Source: Myxococcota bacterium (GTDB lineage Bacteria; Myxococcota_A; UBA9160; UBA6930). From it: a stretch of DNA of 64,000 nucleotides. The stretch lies in contig OZ245002.1 in assembly GCA_965223415.1 (NCBI GenBank), positions 2,528,001 through 2,592,000 of the forward strand. Direction: 5' to 3'. The translations under genes were made by a program, and so were the position numbers. Each line of letters starts with the position of its first letter. The first letter of the stretch is position 1. The notes beneath the pieces are model-generated. The model did no database searches. It saw nothing but the letters and a program-made list of their open reading frames with translations, and was not told where the DNA came from. Shown piece after piece: positions 25,554-35,894 of the stretch.

Positions 25554-28500
25554 ATGGATCCCGCGATCGCGCCGACGCCTCGCTCGGAGGGTGTGGTCAC
25601 GTTCCTGCTCACGGACGTGGTGGCGTCCAGCCGGCTGTGGCGCGACTCGCCTGACGCGGCGGCTGCGATCGGCAGGCAGGCGGAGCTCATCGCAACGGCT
25701 GCGCGAGAGGCGTGCGGGGTGCGGCCCCCGGACCAGGGTGAGGGGGATTCGACGCTCTGGGTCTTCGATCGCCCGGCGCAGGCTCTCGCCGCGGCGCTCG
25801 AGGCCCAGCGATCCCTGACGGCCGAGGGCTGGCCAGAGGGCGCCGAGATCGAGGTCCGCATGGCCGTCCACAGCGGCGAGGCCGAGCGGCTCGAGGGCGG
25901 GAACTACGGAGGCCTCTCGCTGATCCGTTGCGCTCGGCTTCGCGACCTCGCCCACGGCGGCCAGGTCCTGACCACGGTCGCCACCGCCGCCCTCGCCGCC
26001 GACTCGCTGCCGGGAAGCTGCACGCTCGCCGAGCTCGGCGTCGTGTCGCTCCCGGGTCTCGAGCGGGCGGAGCGTGTCTTCGAGCTCAGGCACCCCGGTC
26101 TGGCGGGGGGCTCGTCCCGGCTGGGCTGGCTGCGTGCCTCGCCGTCGCAGGGTCCCACGCCTTGGCCGACCGACCTCGTCGGCCGCACGGTCGAGCGTGC
26201 CGAGGTCGCCCGGCTCTTGACCGAAACTCGCCTGGTGACGATCAACGGCGTGGGCGGATCGGGAAAGACGCGCCTGGCCCACGCCGTGGCGGAGGACCTG
26301 AGCGATGAGTTCCCGGACGGTGTGGTCTGGGTCGAGCTCGCTCGGCTCGCCGAAGGCGGCCAGGTCGCGGTGGCGGTCCTGGAAGCGTGCGGCGGCATCG
26401 AGTCGACGACCCTGCCGACGCTCGAGCTGCTGGGACGGCAGCTGGCGAACGCCGAGCTGCTGCTCGTCATCGACAACTGCGAACACGTGCTGGACGCGTG
26501 CGCTGAGCTTTCGGACACCGTGCTCCGGGAGGCCCCTCGCGTGCGGCTCCTCACGACCTCACGCGAGCCTCTGAGCGTTCAAGGAGAGGTGAGCTGGCGC
26601 ATCCCGTCACTCTCCCTGGCTGCCGAGGGCGAACGAGATCTGGGGAAGATCGGGGAGAGTGAGGCGGTCCGGCTGTTCGTCGAGCGGGCTCGGGCAGCGC
26701 ACCCGGAGTTCGCGCTGGTCGAGGAGGTCGCCGCCGACGTGGCTCGCCTGTGCCGTCGCCTTGACGGTATCCCGCTCGCCATCGAGCTTGCGGCCGCCCG
26801 GGTGCGGGCGCTCTCGGTCGCCCGCCTCGTCGAAGGCCTCGACGATCGCTTCCGCCTGCTGACCGGTGGCGCACGCACTGCGCTGCCACGACAGCGCACC
26901 CTGCTCGCCTCGGTGGAGTGGAGCCACGATCTCCTGGACGAGAAGGAGCGCTGCCTCTTCCGCCGGCTCGCGGTCTTCGCCGCACCCTTCACCCTGGACG
27001 CGGCCGAGGCCGTGGTCGCCGACCCGTCTCTGGACGGGTTGGGCGTCTTCGACCTGTTGGCTCGGCTCGTGGACAAGAGCCTCGTCACCCACGCGGGGGA
27101 CGACCGCTACCGCATGCTCGAAACGCTTCGCCAGTTCGCCCTCGAGCGTGCCCACGAAGCCGACGAGCTCGCCGCGAGCCGAGATCGGCACCTGGCATGG
27201 TTCCTAGGAAGGGCGCGGGAGTGGGGCTTGGACGTCCACATGGAGACGGACCCGGTGCTCGACGCCATCGACCAGGAGAAGCCGGACCTGCTCGCCGCCT
27301 TGGAGTGGTCGCAATCGGCACCCAGAGAGCTGGCGCTACCGTTGCTGACGGCGCTGGGCCGATTCTGGTTCGTCCGTTCCGGCCGAGCCGAGCTCCGGGT
27401 CGTGGCGCATCGCGTCCTGGACCGCCTCGAGGAGGGAAGCCCCGGCTGGCTCCGCGCCCTGGCACCTCTGTCGGCCGCGCTCTTCTTCGCCGGGGACCCG
27501 ACCTGGATCCCGGCGGCCGCGCGTGCACTGGCCGAGCACGAAGAAGCCCTTTCGGACGGCGAGCGTGCGCGGCTCGAAGGTGCGATCGGCACGGGGCCGG
27601 CGTCCCACGGCCGGCCCGAGGGAATCGCGCGCTGGCGAAGGAGCGTCGAGCTGAGCCGACGCTCCGGAAGTCGGGGTGTGATCGTCGACCACACGATCGG
27701 GCTCACCATCATGTTGACCCAGGTGGGCCGACTGGCCGAGGCGCGACCGCTGCTCTCGTGGGTCGAACGCAACATCCGCCCGGGAGACGCGTTGAAATGG
27801 GGGCCCAACCTCGCCAAAGCCTGGATCGCCCTGTTCTCGGCCGAGTACGAAACTGCCACGGCTCTCTTCGAGCGGGTCCAGATGCACTCCTACGATCGCG
27901 GTGCAACTTCCGGCTGGCTCGCTCTCGTCGCCCTCTGGACCCAGGACCGCGCTCTGGCCGATCGCGCCATGACTGCTCTAGCGGGCTGTCCCGACCTGGG
28001 TGTCTTCGAGCGCTTCTGCACCGTCGCGGGCGCGGTGACCGAGATCCTCTCTGATGATCTCGAGGCCGCCAAACGCGTGCTGCGGACGGAGGTGGGGTCG
28101 CCCCAGATCGGGACCACGGTCTACTGGCCCCAGCTCAGCGCTGCCGAGCTGGAGCTTGCGACCTCCGATCTGGATGCGGCCGAGAAGACCTGCGACGAGG
28201 TGGCCAGCCAGCTATCGGCCTGCGAAGTCCCGCTCTTCCAAGCGTGGCTCGGCGACGCACGCGCTCACCTCGCACGTGGGCGCGGCGCGCATGCGGAGGC
28301 CGAGACGCTGGCCCACGGTGCGCTCGCACTCACCGTCGAGAACGGCCTGCACCACCTGCAGAGCGAGATCCTCGAGACCCTCGGCGTCCTGGCCGCCGAC
28401 GCCGGACGACGGGACGAGGCGGGTCGGCTGCTCGGCGCGACCCAATCATTCCGCGACGCCCACGGCATCCGCTTCCGTTGGCCCCATCGTGCCGCCGGCG

Positions 28501-28814
28501 TCGAGGCGGCACTCACGGGGCTCGACCCCCTTTACATGACCGAGGGCACCGCCATTCCCCTCGCCGAAGCGGCCGCCTACTGTCGGCGCGGGCGGGGCGA
28601 GCGCGGACGGCCGGACACGGGTTGGGAGGCACTCACACCCACCGAGCATCGGGTGGTGGAGCTGGTCGCAGAAGGGCGATCGAACAAGGACACCGCCGCC
28701 GAGCTCTTCGTGAGCGTCGCGACCGTCAAGACGCACCTGGTCCACGTGTTCGCGAAGCTCGGTGTGAAGAGCCGGGCCCAGCTCGCGGCGATGGTGGCGC
28801 GCCGAGCGTCATGA
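25554..28814 (+). CDS. class III cyclase-like domain + STAND/AAA ATPase + LuxR HTH regulator
   Basis: VTFLLTDVVASS..GEGDS..VRMAVHSG, GVGGSGKTRLA, LLVIDNCEH, LDGIPLAIELAAAR and GWEALTPTE..LFVS..TVKTH motifs. Confidence 0.92.
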   Translation: MDPAIAPTPRSEGVVTFLLTDVVASSRLWRDSPDAAAAIGRQAELIATAAREACGVRPPDQGEGDSTLWVFDRPAQALAAALEAQRSLTAEGWPEGAEIEVRMAVHSGEAERLEGGNYGGLSLIRCARLRDLAHGGQVLTTVATAALAADSLPGSCTLAELGVVSLPGLERAERVFELRHPGLAGGSSRLGWLRASPSQGPTPWPTDLVGRTVERAEVARLLTETRLVTINGVGGSGKTRLAHAVAEDLSDEFPDGVVWVELARLAEGGQVAVAVLEACGGIESTTLPTLELLGRQLANAELLLVIDNCEHVLDACAELSDTVLREAPRVRLLTTSREPLSVQGEVSWRIPSLSLAAEGERDLGKIGESEAVRLFVERARAAHPEFALVEEVAADVARLCRRLDGIPLAIELAAARVRALSVARLVEGLDDRFRLLTGGARTALPRQRTLLASVEWSHDLLDEKERCLFRRLAVFAAPFTLDAAEAVVADPSLDGLGVFDLLARLVDKSLVTHAGDDRYRMLETLRQFALERAHEADELAASRDRHLAWFLGRAREWGLDVHMETDPVLDAIDQEKPDLLAALEWSQSAPRELALPLLTALGRFWFVRSGRAELRVVAHRVLDRLEEGSPGWLRALAPLSAALFFAGDPTWIPAAARALAEHEEALSDGERARLEGAIGTGPASHGRPEGIARWRRSVELSRRSGSRGVIVDHTIGLTIMLTQVGRLAEARPLLSWVERNIRPGDALKWGPNLAKAWIALFSAEYETATALFERVQMHSYDRGATSGWLALVALWTQDRALADRAMTALAGCPDLGVFERFCTVAGAVTEILSDDLEAAKRVLRTEVGSPQIGTTVYWPQLSAAELELATSDLDAAEKTCDEVASQLSACEVPLFQAWLGDARAHLARGRGAHAEAETLAHGALALTVENGLHHLQSEILETLGVLAADAGRRDEAGRLLGATQSFRDAHGIRFRWPHRAAGVEAALTGLDPLYMTEGTAIPLAEAAAYCRRGRGERGRPDTGWEALTPTEHRVVELVAEGRSNKDTAAELFVSVATVKTHLVHVFAKLGVKSRAQLAAMVARRAS

Positions 28815-28910
28815 CTCGATGTCAACTGATCTGCCGACCCACGTTGGAATGATCGAGGTGGCATGGCGAAGCTCGGTGCCCAATGCTGGATCGCTGGACC
28901 CCCTAGACGA

Positions 28911-30638
28911 ATGATCTTTCGAATCGGTGACCTGGAACTGGACTCGCTCCGCCGAGAGCTCACGCGGCATGGTCAGGCGATCGCCGTACAGCCGAAGGTG
29001 CTGGAGCTGCTGCTCTATCTCTTCGAGCGCCGCCACCGCGCCGCCTCCAAGGCTGAACTCCTCGAGGCCCTCTGGCCCAACACTCACGTGACGGAGAGCT
29101 CTCTCCTGCGTGTCGTGAGCATCGCGCGGAGGGTCCTCTCAAGATGCGCAGGCGCCGACTCAGCCCTGGAGACGGTTCGCGGCTACGGCTATCGGGTCTC
29201 GTCGATCGCGCCGCTCCAGGCGCTGCCGAACGACGGCCCATCAGCCGTTGCCCCCCGAAGGTCCTTGGCGGTCTTGCCTTTCGGGTTGATGGGGGAAGGC
29301 CCTCCGGCCAACGGCCTGCACTTGTCGAGCGTACTGATCTCCCGTCTCGAGAGGCATGGGGCCTTCGACATCCGATCCCTGAAGGACATCAGCGCTCCCC
29401 TCGACGGTATCGAGGATCCGATCGCAGCAGGTCGTCAGCAACAGGTCGACTTCGCCATCGACGGGAGGCTCGATTGCGGCACCATGGCGACGAAACTCCT
29501 CATCCGCATCCTGGATGTGCCTGGGGGCGTTGCACTTCGGGAAGCTCACTTCGAGACGCGGGGCGACCATGTCGACCGTCTCCTCGATCGTGCCTTCCGA
29601 GAGATCGTGCAGACGCTGGACCCGGGCGAAAAAGCGGACGGGGGTCGGGGGGACGCCGCGTTCGAGCCTGGACTGAACCTGCAAGCTCACGGACACTTCG
29701 TCCGCGGCTGGCTTGCCTTGGCGCAGATGTCACCCGACTCGAGCGCCCAGGCGATCCGGCACTTCGACCACGCGACGGTCGTCGACCCTTCGTTCGCCAG
29801 GGCGTACTCCGGGATTGCGAGCGCGCACCTGGACCTTGCAACGGCGGGAGTCCGGCCAGCCGAGTCGTTCGACGCCGCGGAGCGTGCCATCTCTCGAGCT
29901 CTCGCGATCGACCCCGACGAGGCGAGCGCGCACGCTCTTCGGGGCCGTATCTCCTGGCAATGGGACTGGGACTGGAAGGCGACGGAAGCGCATTTCGAGC
30001 AGGCGTTGGCTGCCGATTCCCGACATGCCGAGGTGTGGGCCCTCATCGCGGGCTACCAGACGTTCGTCGGGCTGGCGGAAGAGTCCATCCAGAGCTCGTC
30101 GCGTGCCTGCGACTTGAGTCCCACGTCTTCTTACACGGGAATGATGCGGCTTCAGGCGCTCTACTTCGGGGGCAGGTACAGTGAGGCGATCGACGCAGCG
30201 AAGCAGCTGCTTCAGATGATGCCTGCCTTTGGCTTCGCTCACTTCTATGTGGGCTTGGCTTCCGTGGAGCGAGGCAACCTTGTGGAAGGCATCGCGTCAC
30301 TCGAAGAGGCGTGGCGCCACTCGGGGCGGTCCGACTTTGGGGCGATGTTGGCGTACGCCTATGCGCGAGCGGGCCGACTGGACGAGGCCAAGCCCTTGTT
30401 CGACCGGCTGGTTTCGCTGGCCCAGCGCCGGGAGGCCACGGTTCTGGCACCCATCTTGTACGAGCTGGTGATGGGCACGATCGATCGCGCCTTGGACCAC
30501 TTGGAGAAAGCGATCGACCTTCACGACTGGCACGCGTTGATCTTCGCCAGCGAGCCGAGCCTGGCGCCACTCCGCGCCCACCCCCGAGGAATCAAACTCC
30601 TGGATCGCCTCGGCCTCCTCGGTCGAAGGGCGGCGTAG
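28911..30638 (+). CDS. winged-helix (CadC/ToxR-type) + TolB-like + TPR transcriptional regulator
   Basis: QPKVLELLLYL..ELLEALWP..ETVRGYGYR, SLAVLPF and several TPR-like repeats. Confidence 0.88.
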   Translation: MIFRIGDLELDSLRRELTRHGQAIAVQPKVLELLLYLFERRHRAASKAELLEALWPNTHVTESSLLRVVSIARRVLSRCAGADSALETVRGYGYRVSSIAPLQALPNDGPSAVAPRRSLAVLPFGLMGEGPPANGLHLSSVLISRLERHGAFDIRSLKDISAPLDGIEDPIAAGRQQQVDFAIDGRLDCGTMATKLLIRILDVPGGVALREAHFETRGDHVDRLLDRAFREIVQTLDPGEKADGGRGDAAFEPGLNLQAHGHFVRGWLALAQMSPDSSAQAIRHFDHATVVDPSFARAYSGIASAHLDLATAGVRPAESFDAAERAISRALAIDPDEASAHALRGRISWQWDWDWKATEAHFEQALAADSRHAEVWALIAGYQTFVGLAEESIQSSSRACDLSPTSSYTGMMRLQALYFGGRYSEAIDAAKQLLQMMPAFGFAHFYVGLASVERGNLVEGIASLEEAWRHSGRSDFGAMLAYAYARAGRLDEAKPLFDRLVSLAQRREATVLAPILYELVMGTIDRALDHLEKAIDLHDWHALIFASEPSLAPLRAHPRGIKLLDRLGLLGRRAA

Positions 30639-31368
30639 GCCAACCCCTCGGCACGAGCCTGCGCTGAGAAAGGATCGTTCGCGCCGCGGACACCGCGCTT
30701 GGTGCCTCACAGATCTCCGGCGTGCCGCCGTCCTGCCTCGAACGACCCAGGAAGAAGAAGAACCCGTGAGCGGAATCGAGGAGATCAGAGGCGAATCCAG
30801 GGTCTTCATCCATGTTCATGTTTACGATGACAGGGAATGAGCGCATCACTCGGCCGATCTCCTCGACGCGCAGCTGCTCCTCGTGCCTTCCCGCTTCGTT
30901 CCGAAGCCAGTCGATCGGCCACATGAGGCTCGGGAGCAGCGTCAAGATGAACCCGTGCGGGGCCCACCGTTCGGCATACCGGCGTAGGCGTTCCTCGATC
31001 CACGTGGGATCGCTGTCGTAGTCCAGGTCCATCCCAAGAAGCAGCAGGCGAGCGGGCTCGCTCGGAGCCCGCTGCAGCAGCTCCTCCGCTCCAGCCTGCC
31101 GAACATCGATCGCCACGAAGGCCGGTTCCAGTCGGCCGCACCACTCGCGCTGACGGCCCGGGTCCTCTCTTGCATCCAGAATGACACACAGATCGGACGC
31201 CCCGAGCGCGGAGTCGATCAAGAGCGCTTGGTGGAGATTGACGATCGTCCCCTCGTCGAATCTCGGCAGTGCGGCGAACTGGATCGCGATCGCGGAGAAG
31301 CCGACCCGTTCGAGGGCGGCTGCGCCCTCGGGTGTGGCCACCGGGCCTGCCATGAGCGGCTTCGCCAT
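30592..31368 (-). CDS. hypothetical protein
   Basis: 258-aa ORF with protein-like composition; last gene of the minus-strand cluster. Confidence 0.55.
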   Translation of the reverse strand: MAKPLMAGPVATPEGAAALERVGFSAIAIQFAALPRFDEGTIVNLHQALLIDSALGASDLCVILDAREDPGRQREWCGRLEPAFVAIDVRQAGAEELLQRAPSEPARLLLLGMDLDYDSDPTWIEERLRRYAERWAPHGFILTLLPSLMWPIDWLRNEAGRHEEQLRVEEIGRVMRSFPVIVNMNMDEDPGFASDLLDSAHGFFFFLGRSRQDGGTPEICEAPSAVSAARTILSQRRLVPRGWPTPPFDRGGRGDPGV

Positions 31369-31421
31369 TCGTTCCGCGCCTCCACGGAGTCTTCTCCGTC
31401 GACTGGAGCGTTTGTCGCAGA

Positions 31422-32675
31422 CTACTCGTCGATCGCCCCATCACAGTCGTTGTCGACTCCATCGGGTCGCTCGACGGCGACCGGGCTCACAGCCCGGTCT
31501 TCGTCGTTGCAGTCAGTCGAGTAGACGGACCATCCATCGACAACATGGCATTTCCTGGTGCGTTGGGTGGCTGATCCAAACGAATCACCGTCGGCGTCGC
31601 GGTAGAGGACGATGTCCACGCCCTCGTCGACCTCGCCGTCGCAATCGTTGTCAAGGCCATCGCAGACCTCCACGGACGCCGGATGGATGCCGGGCCTCGA
31701 ATCATCGCAGTCACGGCCGCGAAAAACCTCATCGTTGGAAGCGCTGTTGAGGCACTGTGCCGAGACGAACCGATCGTCGTCCGAGTCCCGATCGCCGAAT
31801 GTGGTCGGGTCGCAGTCCTCGTCGTGCCCGGTGTCATCGCACACCTCCGGATTGCCGGGGAAGCGGCGCGGGTCCAGGTCGTCGCAGTCCGCGCCGCCGC
31901 ACCGTAGCGACACCACGCCGTCTCCATCCTCGTCCTTAGGATGGTCACAATAGGCCGCCTCGCCGCCGATCTGGCCAACGATCGGCGCACGGTTGCTGAT
32001 CTCTCGCCCTGCGTCGTCGACCACGACGGCCTGGTAGCCCTGGGTCAGCCCGTTGTACTGGGCGCTGGAATCACCCCGCAAGATCTCGGTAGGTGTGGTG
32101 ACCACGACGCGATTCGGCTGCCAGACGCGCACAGGCGCATCGTGCTGGAGCGAGTTGTGCGGTCCAATGATCCGGACCGTTCGGCCTCGCTGTTCCCCGA
32201 GCCGGCCCCTGAGCACGACGTCTTCGCTCAGCGCCCACCCAACCTGATCGACATGCTGAAACGCGGCGTGGATCCTCGGCGCCGCCATGGCGGAAAGGCC
32301 GATCCCGTCGGGCAGCTCGATGTGGTACAGGCGTTGGCAGCGCTTCAGGCGTCTCGCGGAGAGGCTCTGCTCGCCGCTTCGAAACGACTGCAGCCGCCCC
32401 ACGCGCGCCACCAGCTCGCGACACGCCGCCATGATTCCCTTCTGTCCAGCCGCCTTTCCGTCACCGGTGCACAGGTCTTGGTCGCAGGACCATTGAACCG
32501 CGCCCGCCTGGAATTGCGTCGAGCTCGACACGGGAGTCTCGAGTTGGGCGACGAAGCGATCGAGTTTGCTGCTCGTCTCGTCGCCGCGCGCCGGCTCGGA
32601 GGTCGCTAGGAACGCCCCTCCGAGCAATGCCGCCGCCGCGCAGAAGGATCGCGCCACTGCGGGATTGATCACCAC
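31422..32675 (-). CDS. secreted protein with repeated Cys/Asp metal-binding (MopE-like) motifs
   Basis: Signal peptide; repeats DCDD.DP...PG..EVCD and EVCDGLDNDCDGEVDE. Confidence 0.85.
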   Translation of the reverse strand: MVINPAVARSFCAAAALLGGAFLATSEPARGDETSSKLDRFVAQLETPVSSSTQFQAGAVQWSCDQDLCTGDGKAAGQKGIMAACRELVARVGRLQSFRSGEQSLSARRLKRCQRLYHIELPDGIGLSAMAAPRIHAAFQHVDQVGWALSEDVVLRGRLGEQRGRTVRIIGPHNSLQHDAPVRVWQPNRVVVTTPTEILRGDSSAQYNGLTQGYQAVVVDDAGREISNRAPIVGQIGGEAAYCDHPKDEDGDGVVSLRCGGADCDDLDPRRFPGNPEVCDDTGHDEDCDPTTFGDRDSDDDRFVSAQCLNSASNDEVFRGRDCDDSRPGIHPASVEVCDGLDNDCDGEVDEGVDIVLYRDADGDSFGSATQRTRKCHVVDGWSVYSTDCNDEDRAVSPVAVERPDGVDNDCDGAIDE

Positions 32676-32696
32676 CTGGAGGCTTCCTCTGCCGAG

Positions 32697-33233
32697 TCAT
32701 GGAGCCGCGCGGACCTCGAGCCCGTAGAAGATCCAACTCGCCGTCGACGACAGGATCGTTACCCGCCAGCCTGCATTTCCTTCGGAGGGAACGGGAACCA
32801 CGATCCTGTGGCGACCGGACGAGAGTTCTGTGCTCTGGCGCGTACCGTCAACGGACCAAACCCACGTTCCCTTCCCGAAGGACTCTACGTCGAACGTGAC
32901 CAAATGCACGTCGCCGGGCTCGCGGGTCAATGACCGCACTTCGATGTAAGAACCGTAGCCGCCGCCGCCCTTCGCGACCCCTTCTCCAGCGTCGACGTGC
33001 ATCTGCTCGAACTTGAGATAGCCCTTGTTGACCACGTAGGGCCGACGTACCGAGAGGCTCACCCGGTCCTTGATCCCGACCTTGAGGGTGCTCTTGACGC
33101 CGGTCACCGCCCGAACAGGTGCGGGTTTTTCGGCACGCTCCGCCTTCTGGCCTTTCTCGGCCCACACCGCCGGAGCGAAAGCCAAGACGACCCCGAGCGC
33201 AGCCATCCGAAGGAGCAAGACACGAGTTCGCAT
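32697..33233 (-). CDS. hypothetical secreted protein
   Basis: RBS AGGAG, signal peptide ending AVWA, beta-rich domain. Confidence 0.65.
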   Translation of the reverse strand: MRTRVLLLRMAALGVVLAFAPAVWAEKGQKAERAEKPAPVRAVTGVKSTLKVGIKDRVSLSVRRPYVVNKGYLKFEQMHVDAGEGVAKGGGGYGSYIEVRSLTREPGDVHLVTFDVESFGKGTWVWSVDGTRQSTELSSGRHRIVVPVPSEGNAGWRVTILSSTASWIFYGLEVRAAP

Positions 33234-33429
33234 CGAAGGTCTCCTGTGGCCCTCCCTTGGCCCGCTCCAAGCAGGCAGACCGGCCAGCGCAGACGGTCGC
33301 GGTCGAGTTCGGCCTTGTCGTTTCATGATCATGTCGGCTTCAACCATCCGACCTACTCGGGCGTTTCCCCTCGCGCTGTGTGGGAGTGGTGCAACCTGGA
33401 CCTGCGCAGCCCCCCAGCAAACACGGCGG

Positions 33430-34218
33430 TCATAGATCAGGCTGGGATGAGAAGACGGGCGTCGCGCCATCCGGACGCCTCTTGACGATCGGGCGGCAAG
33501 TGCAGTTCGGCGGAGTTCCGGTGGCCCAAAGACCGTCCTCGCAACGCAGGAGGTTGTCGCAGCTGCGCTCGGGCACATAGTCAGGAGGATCGGCTGCCGA
33601 TCTGGCCTGCACCATTGCCTTCGCAAAGCCCTCAAGTCGGACGAATTGGTAGTCCCCATGTCTCACGTCGCCAGAACGGCCCGCCCAGCTTTCTTGCGCG
33701 GTAGTAAAGTAGTCACCGCGCTCTGGGCTGAACCAGGTGTAGAGCGGGGTGAGTCCTTCATCCTTGTGTTCTGTGGGCTCGACCTCGTAAACATAGCCTT
33801 CGAGTCGAAACTCCTTGTAGCCGGCGTTCGGCCACTGTTTGCCACCCGTCGGGTAGAGCCCCACGACCGGCTTCCTCAGCGAGCGAAGCGCGTTGTCTTC
33901 AGATCTCGAGTTCCACCAAGAGGTTAGGGGGACGGTTCCTGCTGGCTGGGGCTGGTCCGCCGAGAAGACGAGGGCGTCGATGCCAACGTACCGATAGTCA
34001 GGTGGTCGCACTGCGCTACTCGACCCTTCCCATCGCGGATCCGTCGTGAGGAAGTTGTCGCCGCGTGACTCGCTGTACCAGTGGTAGAGTGGAGCCATCT
34101 CCGGCACTGGCCTCGGCACTACGATCACTTTGGGATCGGTAGCACGGGCGTCCTGACCCGCGATCACCAGCGCAGAGAGAACGACGGGCACAGCTGCCAG
34201 AGGTCCAAGGTTCTTCAA
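33430..34218 (-). CDS. secreted protein with three 'PL..W.S..R.D.F.T' repeats (DUF5648-like)
   Basis: PLYHWYSESRGDNFLTT, PLTSWWNSRSEDN and PLYTWFSPERGDYFTT; Cys-rich tail. Confidence 0.75.
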   Translation of the reverse strand: MKNLGPLAAVPVVLSALVIAGQDARATDPKVIVVPRPVPEMAPLYHWYSESRGDNFLTTDPRWEGSSSAVRPPDYRYVGIDALVFSADQPQPAGTVPLTSWWNSRSEDNALRSLRKPVVGLYPTGGKQWPNAGYKEFRLEGYVYEVEPTEHKDEGLTPLYTWFSPERGDYFTTAQESWAGRSGDVRHGDYQFVRLEGFAKAMVQARSAADPPDYVPERSCDNLLRCEDGLWATGTPPNCTCRPIVKRRPDGATPVFSSQPDL

Positions 34219-34280
34219 TCTCGTCCCTTTCCAAGTCCGCCGCGTTCCGACCAGACGCATCGTGTGAGCAGCAACGTCTC

Positions 34281-34544
34281 CTACTCCAACACGACGATTC
34301 CCTTGCGGATAGGCTGCACGAGGCGACCTCCGGGGACAATGTAGGGTTTGTCCTCTCGCGAAGGGCTGTACCAGTGATAGAGCGCTACTGCGCCACTGGG
34401 GGAAAAGCTGCCAACGGCAGCGTCGTGAAAGGAGTCCCCACCGACGTCCGTGGCAACCTGCGCTCCCGCCCCAGGACCCATGGCGAGCGCCAGTCCGACG
34501 AGTACGATTCCCGCCGAGACGGATCTTGATTCAAGCGGCATCAT
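34281..34544 (-). pseudogene. truncated paralogue of the repeat protein
   Basis: Signal peptide, then one repeat (VALYHWYSPSRED), then an abrupt end. Confidence 0.5.
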
Positions 34545-34626
34545 TCCCTCCGGTGGTGGGAACCAGCGTTCACCCTTCGCCGTCCGTGGGGCCCGGGGAG
34601 CCAACCAGCGGGTGGTCCTACGGAGG

Positions 34627-35067
34627 TCAGAAAGGCCCCCTCTTGCCAGATGACGTACCGATCAACTTGCAGCGGAAGCGAGGCTTGCTCCCTCGGCCCT
34701 CTGCTCCACACGAGTAGCCCTTCGGGGCCCTTCGCATGATGCTGCTCAAAGACCGCGGTTGCCCATAGGCGCATACCAAGGTGGGTTGCCCGCCCATTTC
34801 CTGGACGCTGCTCTTGTGGAATCCCCAGACCTGAGGTGTGTTCCACCACGGTTCTGGTAGCTCCGACGAAACCTGCCAGCGGACAGTGTCTACAGGGCAT
34901 TCGACTGTGAGGCTGCCCGCGCGCTTCCTGTCATCGGCTCCGGAGTAGGTCGCCGACCCCGTTAGGAGCGCGACGATCACGATGGCACCTCGGGGCAGAA
35001 GATCGGAGCGCAAAGAGGTACTCCGTGTGACATGCAGTGAGCCAGATAGAACCAGGCCGAGCAGCAT
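34627..35067 (-). CDS. hypothetical secreted Cys-containing protein (start uncertain)
   Basis: Hydrophobic leader, then VECP..LPEPWWNTPQ..LVCAYG..YSC..FRC. Confidence 0.55.
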   Translation of the reverse strand: MLLGLVLSGSLHVTRSTSLRSDLLPRGAIVIVALLTGSATYSGADDRKRAGSLTVECPVDTVRWQVSSELPEPWWNTPQVWGFHKSSVQEMGGQPTLVCAYGQPRSLSSIMRRAPKGYSCGAEGRGSKPRFRCKLIGTSSGKRGPF

Positions 35068-35334
35068 AACTGCAGCTCGGCGGCGAATACCTTACGGTTT
35101 GCTGATCTTCCACGAATGCCGCGATCCCCGTGGGTAGCGGCTCGCCGCCTCGGAGCACGGGCCGGTGGCCTCCTCGGTGCGCGGGCCGGTTCCTGGGTGT
35201 CCCCCAAGGCCGGCAAGAATGCCTAGACCCCAATAGAAGCGACCGGACGGTCTTCATGGGGACGCACGTCGCCATGGTTCCTGCTTGATTCCGCACTCGC
35301 GCGCTATTGTGGCTCGGCGCGGGAGAGGCAGCCG

Positions 35335-35868
35335 ATGCAGCAAGGCCGAACGATCTCGAGTCCGGAGACCGGCGAGGAGATGACATTCCTCCACACGGCG
35401 GAGTCTACGCAGGGGGAGATGCTCCAGATTCGGTACCGACTCCGTCCGGGCGGGGGACCAGCGGGACCTCACTGTCATCCGAACCAGGAGATGCACATCC
35501 GCGTCCGGGAAGGCGAGCTCACATGTCAGGTGGGCGAGCACAGCGTCGTGCTGGCCGCTGGGCAGGAGGCGACGGTTCCCGCGGGAACGATCCACAAGCA
35601 GGAGAACCTCTCCGGCCTGCCAGCCGAGGTCGTCGAGACGTATCGGCCCGCCCTCGAGATGGAGGACGTCTTCGAGGGCTATTACGCGTTGATCCTCGCC
35701 GGTCGGCACAACGGCGCGGGCCGCACCGACCTTCTGCCGTCTGCCGTCCTCTTTCGGGATCACCGAAAGAGCATGCGACTGGCCTCTCCGCTCCTTCGCG
35801 CCGTGATGGCAGCGGTCGCGCCGCTCGGACGACTCCTCGGACACCGCCGACTCCTCCGAATCGGCTGA
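35335..35868 (+). CDS. cupin domain protein
   Basis: PHCHPNQE..VREGEL..VPAGTIH. Confidence 0.85.
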   Translation: MQQGRTISSPETGEEMTFLHTAESTQGEMLQIRYRLRPGGGPAGPHCHPNQEMHIRVREGELTCQVGEHSVVLAAGQEATVPAGTIHKQENLSGLPAEVVETYRPALEMEDVFEGYYALILAGRHNGAGRTDLLPSAVLFRDHRKSMRLASPLLRAVMAAVAPLGRLLGHRRLLRIG

Positions 35869-35894
35869 GGCGGCTGCTCACGGACGGCATCGAA

